A stretch of DNA of 64,000 nucleotides from Eledone cirrhosa. Taxonomy: Eukaryota. Numbering within the stretch: position 1 is the first letter of the stretch; every line of letters begins with the position of its first letter. Where the stretch lies: positions 437,038,001 through 437,102,000 of the forward strand of contig OZ024740.1 in NCBI GenBank assembly GCA_964016885.1. The letters are read 5' to 3'. Shown one piece after another: positions 1-13,920 of this stretch. A program made the position numbers and the translations under genes. The notes under the pieces were generated by a model, which was given only the letters and a program-made list of their open reading frames with translations, was not told the DNA's origin and did not search any database.

Positions 1-709
1 ACGCTCCAAAGAATCCCTGTCAAGCAGCGTCCGTACGTTCCAGCAGCCAAGACTAAATGCCCTGTTTGGCTCTATTACAATGGCACGATGACGAGCGGGC
101 CCAGGCTGTGATAACTTGGGGCCCCTGCCCTTATTGCCAATGATCTTTTTTGTTCCAGAACCTAAATTGCCAATTATCTCTTTTACATTGTTCTGGAACA
201 TCATTGAATTGGAAAAAAAGAAAAAAAAAAAAGTAATAATAATAGTAATAATAATAATAATAGTACACTCTTTTACTCTTTTACCTGTTTCAGCCATCCG
301 GCTGAGGCCATGCTGTGCAATGCCTGTGCGTGACGAATATTTTTAAAGTGAGGAAAGACTGTGCACTGAGCCAATCCCACTCTCTGAGCGACAGTAGCTA
401 TAACCCGAAAAGAAGAAAAGATCAACATCATCGGTAACTACTGAGCCGCAGGTTTTATATCGGAGTTAACTCAGTTTCCTGAGATGCCTTCTCCTAGAAG
501 AATGCCCTGACAAGGGCTAGGGGTTCTTCACTCCCAGTGGTTTAACTGCGCGATCGGGCATCCAGCCCGATTATTTCTATGTCCCCGCGCAAAAAAAAAA
601 AAAAATCACTTATTGACACTTATACGTACGACATACACACACACGCATACATATGCGCGCACACAGCAACACTCATACATACAAACAAACACACACACGC
701 TACTCACTT

Positions 710-759
<50 letters not shown>

Positions 760-825
760 CCGTCATTACTGATACAAGATTACAAGATTATGTCAACTGT
801 TGACTTTCAAGAGTTTGTATAGTTG

Positions 826-985
826 AAGCCGATCGTATTACAGTCCAGTATTACTATAATTGCTTTACAGCATAGAGTTATGGCTCTCCACGCTCTGAGC
901 TCAAATCCCGCCGAGATCAGCCTTGCCCTTCATCCCCACGGAGTCAACAAAAGAGAGTACCAGTGATGCGCTGGGCAGTCGCTGG
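826..985 (+). mobile_element. Diverged tRNA-derived SINE (octopus OR-type-like)
   Basis: B-box-like gagctcaaatcccgccgag followed by gcccttcatccccacggagtcaacaaaagagagtaccag; homologous to copies at 24610, 44080 and 61300. Confidence 0.65.
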
Positions 986-1089
986 ATCCGTGCCAAAAGC
1001 AGAAAAATTATTATTAAAGTTGTTTTCTTAAGGCCCGGTCGCTGGTGATGGTGATGGCGGCGGTGGTGGTGGTGGTGGTGGCAGTTGAT

Positions 1090-1195
1090 GTTGTTGTTGT
1101 GTTGTGTGTGTGTGTGTGTGTGTTTTGTTATATACATACATACACATATATATATATATATATATATACATATACACACACACACACTTATATAT

Positions 1196-1248
<53 letters not shown>

Positions 1249-1441
1249 CACACACACACACTTATATATATACACATATATATATATATACACACAAACG
1301 CATACACATATATACATACACATACAATATAAAATATAAATGTATATACACACATACACATATACACACACACACACACCTATATATATATATATATACA
1401 CATATATACACATATGTATATATATATATATATATACACAC

Positions 1442-1531
<90 letters not shown>

Positions 1532-1632
1532 ATATATATACACACACATATATACATATATATATTTACACACACAGACGCACACACACACATATATATA
1601 CACACACACATACATACATATATATACATATA

Positions 1633-1701
<69 letters not shown>

Positions 1702-1704
1702 CAT

Positions 1705-1735
<31 letters not shown>

Positions 1736-1860
1736 CATACACATACATAGACATATATACATACATATATACATACATATACACACATACACACACACAT
1801 GTATGTATACATACGCACACATACATACACACATACACACACACACATATATATATATGT
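1090..1860. repeat. Compound (TA)n/(CA)n/(TG)n microsatellite
   Basis: Directly visible dinucleotide runs. Confidence 0.95.
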
Positions 1861-2353
1861 GTCTTTATATGTGTCTTTATATGTCTTTATATGTTTTTGT
1901 GTATGTATGTGGATGTATATGTACATGGGTGTGTGATTGATGGTGTGTGCCTATATATTCCTACATATGCCCGTGTGTGTATGTACGTATATACGCACAT
2001 ATGTGTGTGTTGAACAAAGGACTAATTTTGGGATGGATGTAGAAAAATTCTTTAGAAAAAAATAATTGTTTACAAGCTTGGCAGGTGCGGTTTGCCTATG
2101 ACCATTTTCGATACAAAGGAATACTAAAAGCTTGTTCCCCTGAATAAAGGAATTTTTCGAGAATGACCGGGGCAGGCCGCGCTTGCTACATTTCTCCCCA
2201 CCCAACCCTACTCACTGTCTCAACTCATTACTGCTATTAACATTTTTTCAACACACCTACACCCCTACACTTATTAAAGGGGGAGAAAAAAAAACCCACC
2301 GCACCACAGACATGTTAAATCCCTATATTTAGAACGACACACCACATACACAT

Positions 2354-2392
2354 CAGTTTGACAAGCGCACCTCAGCGTGAAAGGTCTTTCTA
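2354..2392 (+). ncRNA. Degenerate minimal hammerhead candidate with U3-A8 core
   Basis: TTGACAA gcgc-acctca-gcgt GAAA ggtc TT; stem II pairs but stem I is poor. Confidence 0.35.
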
Positions 2393-2623
2393 AAAACGAA
2401 ACAATACCTCCTACGTTAACCAAGAATTCCTAAGACCTAACCAACAACCAACGACTTAATTTATAAAAAATTTTATTTTTTTATTTTTTCTAATCCGAAA
2501 AAAATTCTTTTTGGATTTTGTGAAGAAAATAAATTTGTTGAAAGCACAAGTGAAGCCCTTTTATTATTTTGTTTCTCCCCCCTGTCTTAATATACCTAAC
2601 TGTACCAAGGATTACACACATTT

Positions 2624-3870
<1,247 letters not shown>

Positions 3871-4051
3871 ACAAATAAATAAGTACTCAATAAATATACG
3901 CATATACACAGGCACATAAAAACAGCTCTACAGGCAGAAAATGCAGATAGGTAAGAGGTACTCACATAACCATAGTGGCCGTATTTCAGGTTGAGGAGGG
4001 GGTGGGGTAGGGTGGGAAGGAGGTATAAGGGCCAATAGGGGGAGGTCATTT

Positions 4052-4870
4052 TTAACCATCGGGCTTTAACACTGGCTTAAAGTGTTTGAAAGTTGCAAAG
4101 TTCTTGTGCATGCAGTTCGGGCAGTGTTCAGAGAGTTTGTTCAGTAGCGGGCCCTTGGCGAATAAAATTTCGTTGCTCTCTGAGATACAAAGGTCGCAGC
4201 CCTTGTGTCCTCCGTTGTAAGAGCGCGCTTTCTGGAGTATTTTCCATTTAAGCGTGAAGGGGGTGGAGTTCCTTTTGAGGTCCCAAACATAGGAGGCGAG
4301 TGTATTCTGGTTTGATTTGTCCGGTCTTCTGAAGGAGTGGGTATGGGCATACCAATGGGTCTTAAAGTTGTTGGAGGTCATGCCGATGTAAATTTTTTGG
4401 AAATCATCGGTGTCTGAGATGACATCGTATTTGTATACGATATCATTTGTGAGGCATTTGTTTTCAAGTGGGCATGCTTCCTTATTTAGGCAATTACACA
4501 GCGCCCCAGTCCGGGGATTGGGTTCGGAGGTGGTTGGCTTATTTAATTTTTTAGAATTGTGGTTGGCTATATTCCTAGCTAGGTTAGGTGTGGTGGAGTA
4601 GGAGAGTCTTATTGTGTTCTTATTAAAGATGGTGTGGTACCTATGTTGTATGGGGAAGTGTAATTTCAGCAAAGTGAAGAAAATCCTAGCTATCGGTGTA
4701 GAGACCTCTCTATTGAAGGGAGGGTTGTACGAGCTAATCTGCCTATGTCTATTCCTCCTCTGCAATCTTGCGGTGGTTTCTAGGTATGTTATCTTTTCTT
4801 TAAATCCGCTGCGGGCCAGGGCGTCATTGTAGTAGGAGGCAGATGCGTTAAAAATATCTTTGTTGGCGGA
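4052..4870 (-). pseudogene. 5'-truncated PLE (Naiad-like): RT thumb end + GIY-YIG endonuclease
   Basis: YNPPF, CNC..CPL..KCL..DIVYK, YIGMTSNNFK..WYAH, CDLCISE and CMHK motifs. Confidence 0.85.
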
Positions 4871-4902
4871 CTTTCTAAAGTCAGTACTATATTTTTCCAC
4901 AA

Positions 4903-5367
4903 GAGGAAAAATATAGTACTGACTTTAGAAAGTACATTGAAAAATCTTGGAAGAGATACCTTGACGACTGTTTCATCATCTGGACAGAATCTCTAGATAC
5001 TCTGGATGAGTTCAATATCCTCCTGAATAACCTACACCCATCTCTCCAATTCACAAAAGAGATGAGTAGGACCAAATTACCATTCCTAGATATAATGATA
5101 ATCAAAAACGACACCACCATTACCACGGATATATATTATAAACACACAGACACCCATCAATATCTGAATTTTAAGTCGTGCCATCCACCTCATACAAAAC
5201 GCAACATCCCATACTGCCTAGCCAGAAGAATGTGTACCATTGTAGAAGATACGAATACCAGGTACAAACGCCTAACAGAACTAAGAGAATTTTTGCTCAA
5301 ACAAAAATACCCATCTCTACTTATAGAAAATGGCATACAGCGGGCTATAAGTTCAATTAACACTTAG
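4903..5367 (+). pseudogene. PLE reverse transcriptase fragment (Neptune-like)
   Basis: WKRYLDDCFIIW..LHPSLQFT..LPFLDI..DIYYKHTDTHQYLNFKSCHP; preceded by a foldback (4871-4898 vs 4905-4932). Confidence 0.85.
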
Positions 5368-5497
5368 AATTTAATATTCTATCATACTATTTCATTATAA
5401 TACCATATTATATATATTTTAAAGGATTGTAAATAAAACGAGTAAATCAGACAAAGTTGGAATTCCTCTTATTAATATATATATATATATATGTATG

Positions 5498-5529
<32 letters not shown>

Positions 5530-5587
5530 CATATATATATATATGTGTGTATATGTATATGTATGTGTGTGTGTATGTATGTGTATA

Positions 5588-5684
<97 letters not shown>

Positions 5685-5945
5685 AATTCATTTGTCGAGC
5701 AATATTTGGCCATGACTGCTACTATGGTAGTAAGCTGGCCGCTGTCTTAATAACCACTCGCTTTCCACTGATTGACCTCGATGTCACGTGATTGATTCTT
5801 TTTGAATTTGCCACAGACGTAGAGGCAGTGATTTTCTCAATGGCTTGGAATCCAGTCCACGCTTCGCTATTTCCATTCCACTGAATTATTTTTTTTAATA
5901 AGTTTCCAGTGTCCTCGCTATGCCTGGAGACCTATACGGAAAAAG

Positions 5946-6028
5946 ACTTTCCTGATGACGGAATGATTTTCTATATGTTTTTTCGGAAAATATATTTACT
6001 CCATTCCAGAAACTAATTAGTTGGAAGT
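5946..6028 (+). ncRNA. Type I hammerhead ribozyme (family A) in a non-coding unit at ~5682-6080
   Basis: actttc CTGATGA c-ggaatg...cattcc-a GAAA ctaattag TT ggaagt; palindromic stem III; homologous to the 27160-28430 unit. Confidence 0.8.
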
Positions 6029-6673
6029 GATTTTTTAGTAAGTAAGTTAATTTTATAATTTTCTTATGTTACGTCTCTCATATATATATATATATGTATA
6101 TATGTATATGTGTATATGTGTATATATATATATATGTATGTATATATATATTTATATATGTGTGTGTGTGTATATATATATATATGTATATGTGTATGTG
6201 GGTGTGTCTATGGATGCGCGCGAGTGTGTGAGTGAGTGTGTTTTGTGAATGTGTCTGTTGATTTTGGCATATAGTTGAATAGTTTAAGAGAAATTTGAGG
6301 ACAATTGTAAGATATGCACTCAATATTTTGAATTTGTCTACAGAATTCTCTAAACCTTTGTCACTTAGTAAAGAATTTAGCTTTTAAAGAATCTCCCTTT
6401 CCTTTAAATCTATCTACCATGACTGACCCTAACTGATTTCATAGACACCTGTTAGCTTAAGAGAAACTTAATAATAAGGATTGGCATGCCATCCTGAACC
6501 TGTTTATAGAATTCTTTCTGCCTTTGTTACTCTAAAAATAAAAAATAAACTATAGCTTTGTAGAATTAGCTTTTAATGAATTCTATCAACCAATGACCTA
6601 CACCCATCCCACTCCTCACCCTCTCCTACCACTTGTAGAGACCTATATATACCATACTTATTTGTTGATACCC

Positions 6674-6724
6674 AGATTCCTGATGATTTCTAATGAATGA
6701 AACAGTTCTAGTCCTGTAGAATCT
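6674..6724 (+). ncRNA. Type I hammerhead ribozyme (family B) in a PLE pLTR-like repeat at ~6250-6807
   Basis: agattc CTGATGA tttc-taat-gaat GAAA cag-ttctagtc-ctg TA gaatct; 6-bp stem I, GUA cleavage triplet. Confidence 0.88.
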
Positions 6725-6806
6725 CATCTATATTAAAACTTTTATACTCTGCTATGTATTGAGTACCTTACTTACTGTGGTTACCTCCGATTCAACCCGG
6801 AATAAC

Positions 6807-6871
<65 letters not shown>

Positions 6872-6873
<2 letters not shown>

Positions 6874-7830
6874 AGGAGACAACAAACAGTGGTCAAAAGT
6901 ATTATTCATTTCACGCTTTTTATTGAAAAGAGGAAAGAATGTTGGGGACCTGTCGGGCTTAAGCCCTTCTTCAGAAGTATAAATAGAGACAAGATCTCAC
7001 TGGAGAAACAGAAAGAAGGTCCAGTAAAGACACACACAAAATAAACGAAATGAAGAAGGAAAACAAGTGATTAGGTAGTCTTGGTAACGAGTAGGAAGTG
7101 GAGTGTGTGTGTGTGTTAGTGTCGTTATTTGTATGAGTGTAAGTGTAAGTTTAAACGTGTGATTTTAAAGGTAAATTGTGTAAAGTAACAAAGATAGTGT
7201 GTGTATGTGTATATCTATATGCTAGTGGTAGTGGACATGTATGTGTGAGTGGATGTAAGTTTGGATGTGTTACTGTTTATGTGCGTTGAAGTAATTTTGT
7301 GTGTGTGTATACAGTATCGGTGGTGTAGCGTATGTCCGTGAGAAGAGTGGATTAGTATGTGTGAGTGTATGATAAATTATAACATGTGTATGTATGTTGA
7401 AGTATGTATGTGTAGGTGGAAATATCTAACTGTGATATGTATGTAAGTGTGTATGTATTAACGAGTATGTCACGTAGGATAAAGTACATAGTTTAGTGTG
7501 TGATAGAAAGTATATGACAGAGCTGATTAAAGGAAGATGGGTGACGCATTAAGGTGAGGGGGAAGGAAGGTTTGTTAGCAGAAAATAAGTTGCTGTTCTC
7601 TCCGCCAGCGCGAGTGAAGGGGTCCGGCACAATGTGTGAACCCGAAGAAACTGAAGTGGCGTGTGGAGTGGCCGGCGGATCGAAAATATTGGGCGATTGG
7701 AGTTGGGTTGCCGACCCGGATGTCACGAAGGTATTCAGCAAATCTGTCAGCCAGAGGGCGTCCAGTCCGGCCGAGGTAGATAGCTCTGCAAAGAGTACGA
7801 TGGAGACAAGGCTAGTGGAGGTGCAGTTGT
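6872..7830 (-). mobile_element. 3' end of Neptune-like PLE with decayed HHR
   Basis: Minus strand CTGAAGAagggcttaagcccGACAggtc near 6945-6978; similar to the terminus at 20892-21010. Confidence 0.5.
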
Positions 7831-8009
7831 AGGAGTCCCTAAAGCGTGAAACTAATAAGACATTTTGTACCTCTGTTGTCTCCTTCAACTATATTTTCCA
7901 CGCTTACGAGGAATCTTTATATTTCGATCCTAGATATTTACTTACACTCTGTGACTGCTCTAATTACCACCCTGTCCAATCCACGAATTACGAACGGACC
8001 TCGAATATT

Positions 8010-8067
<58 letters not shown>

Positions 8068-8675
8068 CTAATGATTAATTGATTAATTTAATTTGACAAT
8101 TCCATTGATTGGTTAATTATTTAAGTTTGTTTAATAACGGTCTGGTTGAGTGCTTAATTCAGTTTGTGTATGGAATTTTTTCCATTGCCCATAATTTTTG
8201 AATTGACCGCCAGAAACCGGGGTTACCTCCCTTTGGAGTAACATGTGCTTCACAACTGGTTTTGGGTTAGAACGAAAGCCTGTTGAGAAAGTAAATTCCT
8301 CTGTTCGATCTTCCAGAAACCTAACTTGCATACACCACAAGCGGATTTTGTTGATTTCGGATTTACAGAAACCTCGCTTGGATATTCAGTAATTTCCAAG
8401 GTACGGTCCAGGTATGTTATATATACAGATATGTGCATATATGTATGTATATATATATGTGTGTGTATGTGTGTGTGTATATATTTCCTTTTCTCACTAG
8501 TCAGTTCTTTCGTTGCTACAGATCACGCGGCTAAATTAGCGGTCGCTATTTTCAATTTGCAAAGCCCTTTAAACTGTGTTATTACTCTGAGGTTTATTCC
8601 TTGTCGAGTGCTTGGCTCCACTGCTGAAGGCATTCGTTGGCTTGGCTTCTGATCGAACTTCGAATATGCTGTACT

Positions 8676-8740
<65 letters not shown>

Positions 8741-8885
8741 ATACTTTGGGAGGGTCATGTTGCCAATAAGAAACACACGCACCAGTTTCTTTCACTTCAA
8801 ATTATTATAATAAATTTATAATAAATTTATAAATTTATAAATTTCTGGTTGGTTGGTTCCACAACCAGATAGTTGTTTATATATT

Positions 8886-8928
8886 GTCATAGTTCTTTCG
8901 TCACACACTCTGTGACCTCTTCAGTGAC
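8886..8928 (-). ncRNA. Minimal hammerhead (family C) in pLTR
   Basis: gtca CTGAAGA ggtcaca-gagtg-tgtgac GAAA gaac TA tgac; further copies at 12965-13007 (-, C3>U) and 48064-48106 (+). Confidence 0.8.
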
Positions 8929-9129
8929 TGGGGATTCCTTTCTTTGTTTCTGTGCCTCTCCTTTGTTCTGTCCTACGCCATTTTGTTTCTGTGTGAGTGT
9001 TGTGTGCTCAGTCTGCGCATGCACCACATCCGGGTGTCTGTGTGTGTTTATGTTCATTTATTTATTTATTTATTTACATGTTACTGGTTGGTTGTTTGTT
9101 CTATGTGTGTGTGTGTTTTCATTTTGTCC

Positions 9130-12100
9130 TTAATTGTAAGTTGTGATGTTGCTGTTCCACTCATATTTTCTATTTAATTTTGGTTGTAATTCATTTATGT
9201 TTATTGCCTCTGTAATTTGTCTAAACATTGCGTCTTTTCTGTGTGTAGATTCTATTTTTATTTCTATGTTCTCTAATTTACCCTTGTGTTCTATTTTAGC
9301 ATGTTGGTAGAGTACAGATGATTCTTTACTATCTTGAAGGTCTCGCCAGTGTTCATTTATCCGTTCCCCTACACTATGAGCTGTCTCACCTATGTACACT
9401 ATATTTTTGTCTCTACATTGTCCTTCAGTACATCTTATGCTATACACTACATTTCTAGTTTTACAGTTAATATGGGGGCTTATTTTACAGGTTATACATT
9501 TCTTATCTATACATGAGGGTCTTTGAAAAGGGTATGTCTTGCTAATAAGTGTTTTTACGGAGGTACCTGGTCTTTCTACTATCTTAATATTGAGTTTATG
9601 TTTATTTAGGGCCCTTCTAAATTTGTAAGCTAATTCACCTCTAGGGGTTGTATCAATGAACATTACACTCTGGTATTTATTGCTATCATACCATGAGTTT
9701 ATTCTATTAGCCTTGTTCCTAGTTCTTTCTATTCTATTCCAAAATTTGCTCCTATACAAGGGGCAGGTCCCATTTATGTCATTATTTACCATTTTTTCCC
9801 ATTTGGTTCTGGCTCCTCTATACACTCTGATTCTATCTCTCTGATTGTAGCCAGAAAACTGCATACGGTGGATGAAGTGTTGTATGTGTCTCTCTAGATC
9901 TTCGGGGTTGCACATGCAGGACACATTTCTCATCACCCGTACCAAATCCGCAATCAGTATGTTGATTTTGGTATGGTCCGAAACGGCCGAGTTTCGGTGG
10001 ATCAGATGTTTGGAAGTCATGGGTTTGGCATAATGGGAATGGAGGATTTGTTTTTTGTTGTTAATGGTATCTAACCAGAGCTCTGTGTCTAGTACAGGTA
10101 ATCGATGGTTGGGGTGTTTACTTGGGTAGTCTATTGTAACTCTAATGCTCTGGTGGATGGAGTTTGCTATGTGCTGGATGCTTTCCATTGTGTTTTTCTC
10201 TAGTTCCTGACTGTTCTCTAGTGGGGATGTCTTAACTACGATGTTTATATCATCAACGTAGCGGGAGGACATTATCAGGGTTAAGGGGTCTTCTAATTGT
10301 TCTTTAAGTTTAAGTTTAAGTCTACTGTCCCACCATACCATGAATAAGTTAGCTATGTCGCCTGCAATGCTAACACCAATGGCTGCTCCTTCCTCTTGGG
10401 CATATGTTTTTCCATTAAATTTGAACATATGTTCCTTAAGGGTTAGTTTTATGCTGGCCCCTACCGCATGTGCAATCATTTTCTTCAGTTCATCGTGGTT
10501 TTCGGGTGTCCGTATGGCTCTGGTCCACCCGTTCCATCTATCTGTGTGGGTTTTCTTGGCCATTGAGGTAATGGTAGGTGGTCTGCCTCTTGCTGGTCTT
10601 GTAGGGCACAGGTTGCTAAGGTCATATGTGTCTAGGTAATTATTACTATAGGTAAGCTTAAGTAGGAGTCCCAGCTCACTGGTATCAATCCCACAGAACT
10701 CATCCTTGCTCTCACTGATCATTTCTACGCATTTCTCCACAGCAAAATCCACGTCAATAGATGGATACAGGGACACAACATCCATACTGCCTATTATGCA
10801 GTTTGTTAGGTCCCTAGATGGGTTACTCACGCCGATTCTGCTGAGGAGGTCCTCCGTGCTGTCACATACATCTGGGGACATTTCAATGATAGGGCGTATG
10901 ATCAGGGAGAGGAAGTAGGACAGTCTGTAGTTACTAGCAATGTTAGCTCCACAGACTGGCCGTGTTGGTGGTCCTGCGACAGGGTCACTGCCCGTTTTAT
11001 GGTCTTTTCGAAGCCCATACAACGCCGGCACGTCATTGTTCCAGGCCTGGAAGTTGTTGGCAGTCCTTTTGTTGGGCTGCATTATATTCGTCCACATCAC
11101 CATATGGGCATTGAGGGCTTTTTCTCTATCCTCATGCTCCTGTGGTGTTACCTCTCTTGTGTTAGTGATGTGGGGTTGCATTGCCTGGATGTAGTTTGGC
11201 AGGCTGTCAACCGACATTCTGCCAGACTTGTCTGTTGGAAAGCATGCTATCTCTCCATTACGTGAGCGCTGCATGAGCTTACGCAAGCCATTTGCAGATT
11301 TTTCTCCCAGTTGCTGGGCCTCCATTCTATTATGCTTCTTGCTATACTGTTCTATAATATTTCTAAGTTCGGATCTAGCTATACTAAATTGTGCTTCTGT
11401 TTGTTCATCGACCTGCGACGGCAATTGCGTGCGTTTGTTAAATGGTAAAGTCGTGGCGTGGACTCGTCGCAGGTCGAATGATTTATCGGAGGGATTATAA
11501 AACGGAGAGTTCCAGGCTGCTGCTTTATGTGTACTAGTGCTATTGTTATTGTTAGTTGTGTTTTTTCTATTTCTATTTCCACCAACAGCCTCATGGTTAT
11601 TTCTATGTCTCTCATAATTACTCCTGTCTCTTTCCACTGGCTCATTGTTGTTATCTACCCTATTTTGTGTGTCTGTGTGTTCGTCTTGGTTATTTTCTTT
11701 GTCCTTAGTCTCCCTTCTCCTTTTAATCCTATTACTTTCCCTTATTTCTGTAATTTCTGTGCTACTGTCATTACTTGTTTTCTGTGTCTGTGTGTTTGTT
11801 AAGATTGTGGTGGTGGTGAGAGGCATTGAATGTGTGTGTGTGTGTTGTTGTTGTTGATGTGTGCTGTTGTTGATGTGTGTTGTTGTTGTCTCCGTGTGTG
11901 TTATTGTTGTTGTGTGTGTTGTTATTGTTGTTTGTGTCTGCGTGTCTGTTGTTGTTGTTTCTGGGTATGTTGTTATTGTTGTTGTTTGTGTATGTGTTGT
12001 TGTTATTGTTGTTTGTGTCTGTGTGTCTGTTGTTGTTGGGATGTGTGTTGTATATGTGTGTGCGTATATTGTTGCTTTTGTTTTTGTTTTTTGTTTTTGA

Positions 12101-12147
12101 GGCTCCAGCGTAGTTTTGTAAATGATTTTTCTATTTCTGACAGACAA
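9130..12147 (-). CDS. PLE polyprotein, RT + C-terminal GIY-YIG (main frame)
   Basis: PTDKSG, YGLRKDHK, PTRPV, SMDVVSLYPSI, GAAIG, SRYVDD, LPVLD, Cys linker, NVVYSI..YIGET..ER..EH. Confidence 0.9.
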   Translation of the reverse strand: MSVRNRKIIYKTTLEPQKQKTKTKATIYAHTYTTHIPTTTDTQTQTTITTTHTQTTTITTYPETTTTDTQTQTTITTHTTTITHTETTTTHINNSTHQQQQHTHTHSMPLTTTTILTNTQTQKTSNDSSTEITEIRESNRIKRRRETKDKENNQDEHTDTQNRVDNNNEPVERDRSNYERHRNNHEAVGGNRNRKNTTNNNNSTSTHKAAAWNSPFYNPSDKSFDLRRVHATTLPFNKRTQLPSQVDEQTEAQFSIARSELRNIIEQYSKKHNRMEAQQLGEKSANGLRKLMQRSRNGEIACFPTDKSGRMSVDSLPNYIQAMQPHITNTREVTPQEHEDREKALNAHMVMWTNIMQPNKRTANNFQAWNNDVPALYGLRKDHKTGSDPVAGPPTRPVCGANIASNYRLSYFLSLIIRPIIEMSPDVCDSTEDLLSRIGVSNPSRDLTNCIIGSMDVVSLYPSIDVDFAVEKCVEMISESKDEFCGIDTSELGLLLKLTYSNNYLDTYDLSNLCPTRPARGRPPTITSMAKKTHTDRWNGWTRAIRTPENHDELKKMIAHAVGASIKLTLKEHMFKFNGKTYAQEEGAAIGVSIAGDIANLFMVWWDSRLKLKLKEQLEDPLTLIMSSRYVDDINIVVKTSPLENSQELEKNTMESIQHIANSIHQSIRVTIDYPSKHPNHRLPVLDTELWLDTINNKKQILHSHYAKPMTSKHLIHRNSAVSDHTKINILIADLVRVMRNVSCMCNPEDLERHIQHFIHRMQFSGYNQRDRIRVYRGARTKWEKMVNNDINGTCPLYRSKFWNRIERTRNKANRINSWYDSNKYQSVMFIDTTPRGELAYKFRRALNKHKLNIKIVERPGTSVKTLISKTYPFQRPSCIDKKCITCKISPHINCKTRNVVYSIRCTEGQCRDKNIVYIGETAHSVGERINEHWRDLQDSKESSVLYQHAKIEHKGKLENIEIKIESTHRKDAMFRQITEAININELQPKLNRKYEWNSNITTYN

Positions 12148-12833
12148 CTAATCATATTTACCTTCTTGAATGTCGCAAATTTCGGGGGTAAACACAACAC
12201 AGATCTCTCATCATTATCTATTATTGTGTTGCCGTATATATTTGTGTTGTTGTTGTTGTTGAACTCATCTGTTAATGAGGTGTCGGCCATATTTATACCG
12301 TCAATTTTGTCGGGATATCTATTGGTATTCTCTATAGTATCCTGATTTAGCTTTATCTGCTTAAGCCACTTTAGTTTCTTGTTAAAGTGCTTATCACAGT
12401 CTTGAGTGATGTACTGTTCTTCAGGACGTATAAGGCTTATAAATATTAGTTTCTCTCTTGGTGTGGTGATCCTAGCTATTTCTTGTATTAGGTTACGCTT
12501 ATGTTTTTCTTGATGACTTAATTCTCTATAGATCTTCTTTTTTATGTTTAGAATTAATGTTCGTTTTAGCCTATCTGCTTGTTTTTTGATGAGTTGTAAT
12601 CTTCTTACGTCGGTGTTGATGGTGTTGGTGTAAACTCGGGACGAGGCACATTCTTTTATGAAGTGTAGTTGTCGAGATGTTATGGTTTTTCGTAGACAAC
12701 AGAACATGGTGGTTTTCAGTATCTTGTTAGCCTGGCTAAGGCTTACGATATTTCGTTTCTGAATTTGCTTAGCAAGATTCTTTATCTGAAATCGTGTGTT
12801 GAAACCGATATTGTTATACTTTGGGAGGGTCAT
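12003..12833 (-). CDS. N-terminal part of the same PLE ORF (different frame)
   Basis: ATG in pLTR tail (MTLPKYNN); PLE pre-RT motif LCLPPKF...EIEKSFTKLRW; frame breaks in the ACA-rich tract. Confidence 0.75.
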   Translation of the reverse strand: MTLPKYNNIGFNTRFQIKNLAKQIQKRNIVSLSQANKILKTTMFCCLRKTITSRQLHFIKECASSRVYTNTINTDVRRLQLIKKQADRLKRTLILNIKKKIYRELSHQEKHKRNLIQEIARITTPREKLIFISLIRPEEQYITQDCDKHFNKKLKWLKQIKLNQDTIENTNRYPDKIDGINMADTSLTDEFNNNNNTNIYGNTIIDNDERSVLCLPPKFATFKKVNMISCLSEIEKSFTKLRWSLKNKKQKQKQQYTHTHIQHTSQQQQTHRHKQQ

Positions 12834-13119
12834 GTTACCAATAAGAAACACACGCACCAGTTGCTTTCACTTCAATTTATTATAATAAATTTATAATAAT
12901 TTTATAAATTTATAAATTTCTGGTTGGTTGGTTGGTTCCACAACCAGATAGTTGTTTATATATTGTCATAGTTCTTTCGTCACACACTCTGTGACCTCTT
13001 CAATGACTGGGGATTCCTTTCTTTGTTTCTGTGCCTCTACTTTGTTCTGTCCTACGTCATTTTGTTTCTGTGTGTGTGTTGTGTGCTCAGTCTGCGCATG
13101 CGCCACATCCGGGTGTCTG

Positions 13120-13920
13120 TTGCACATGTGTCCCGCATGTGCAACCCCGAAGAACTAGAGAGACACATACAACACTTCATCCACCGTATGCAGTTCTCTG
13201 GCTACAATCAGAGAGATAAAATCAGAGTGTATAGAGAAGCCAGAACCAAATGGGAAAAAATGGTAAATAATGACATAAATGGGACCTGCCCCTTGTATAG
13301 GAGCAAATTTTGGAATAGAATAGAAAGAACTAGGAACAAGGCTAATAGAATAAACTCATGGTATGATAGCAATAAATACCACAGTGTAATGTTCATCGAT
13401 ACAACCCCTAGAGGTGAATTAGCTTACAAATTTAGAAGGGCCCTAAATAAACATAAACTCAATATTAAGATAGTAGAAAGACCAGGTACCTCCGTAAAAA
13501 CACTTATTAGCAAGACATACCCTTTTCAAAGACCCTCATGTATAGATAAGAAATGTATAACCTGTAAAATAAGCCCCCATATTAACTGTAAAACTAGAAA
13601 TGTAGTGTATAGCATAAGATGTACTGAAGGACAATGTAGAGACAAAAATATAGTGTACATAGGTGAGACAGCTCATAGTGTAGGGGAACGAATAAATGAA
13701 CACTGGCGAGACCTTCAAGATAGTAAAGAATCATCTGTACTCTACCAACATGCTAAATAGAACACAAGGGTAAATTAGAGAACATAGAAATAAAAATAGA
13801 ATCTACACACAGAAAAGACGCAATGTTTAGACAAATTACAGAGGCAATAAACATAAAAGCATTACAACCAAAATTAAATAGAAAATATGAGTGGAACAGC
13901 AACATCACAACTTACAATTA
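13120..13920 (+). pseudogene. Inverted copy of PLE thumb/GIY-YIG region
   Basis: Near-identical to 9130-9925 reversed, with a frameshift near 13757. Confidence 0.9.

Noticed and set aside
500-545. CTGACAA motif as a hammerhead
   Set aside because: C3/A8 mismatch and no downstream GAAA or stems; region looks like a LINE/SINE remnant
7493-7888. 131-aa ORF as a host exon
   Set aside because: No recognisable domain; lies inside a PLE-related repeat
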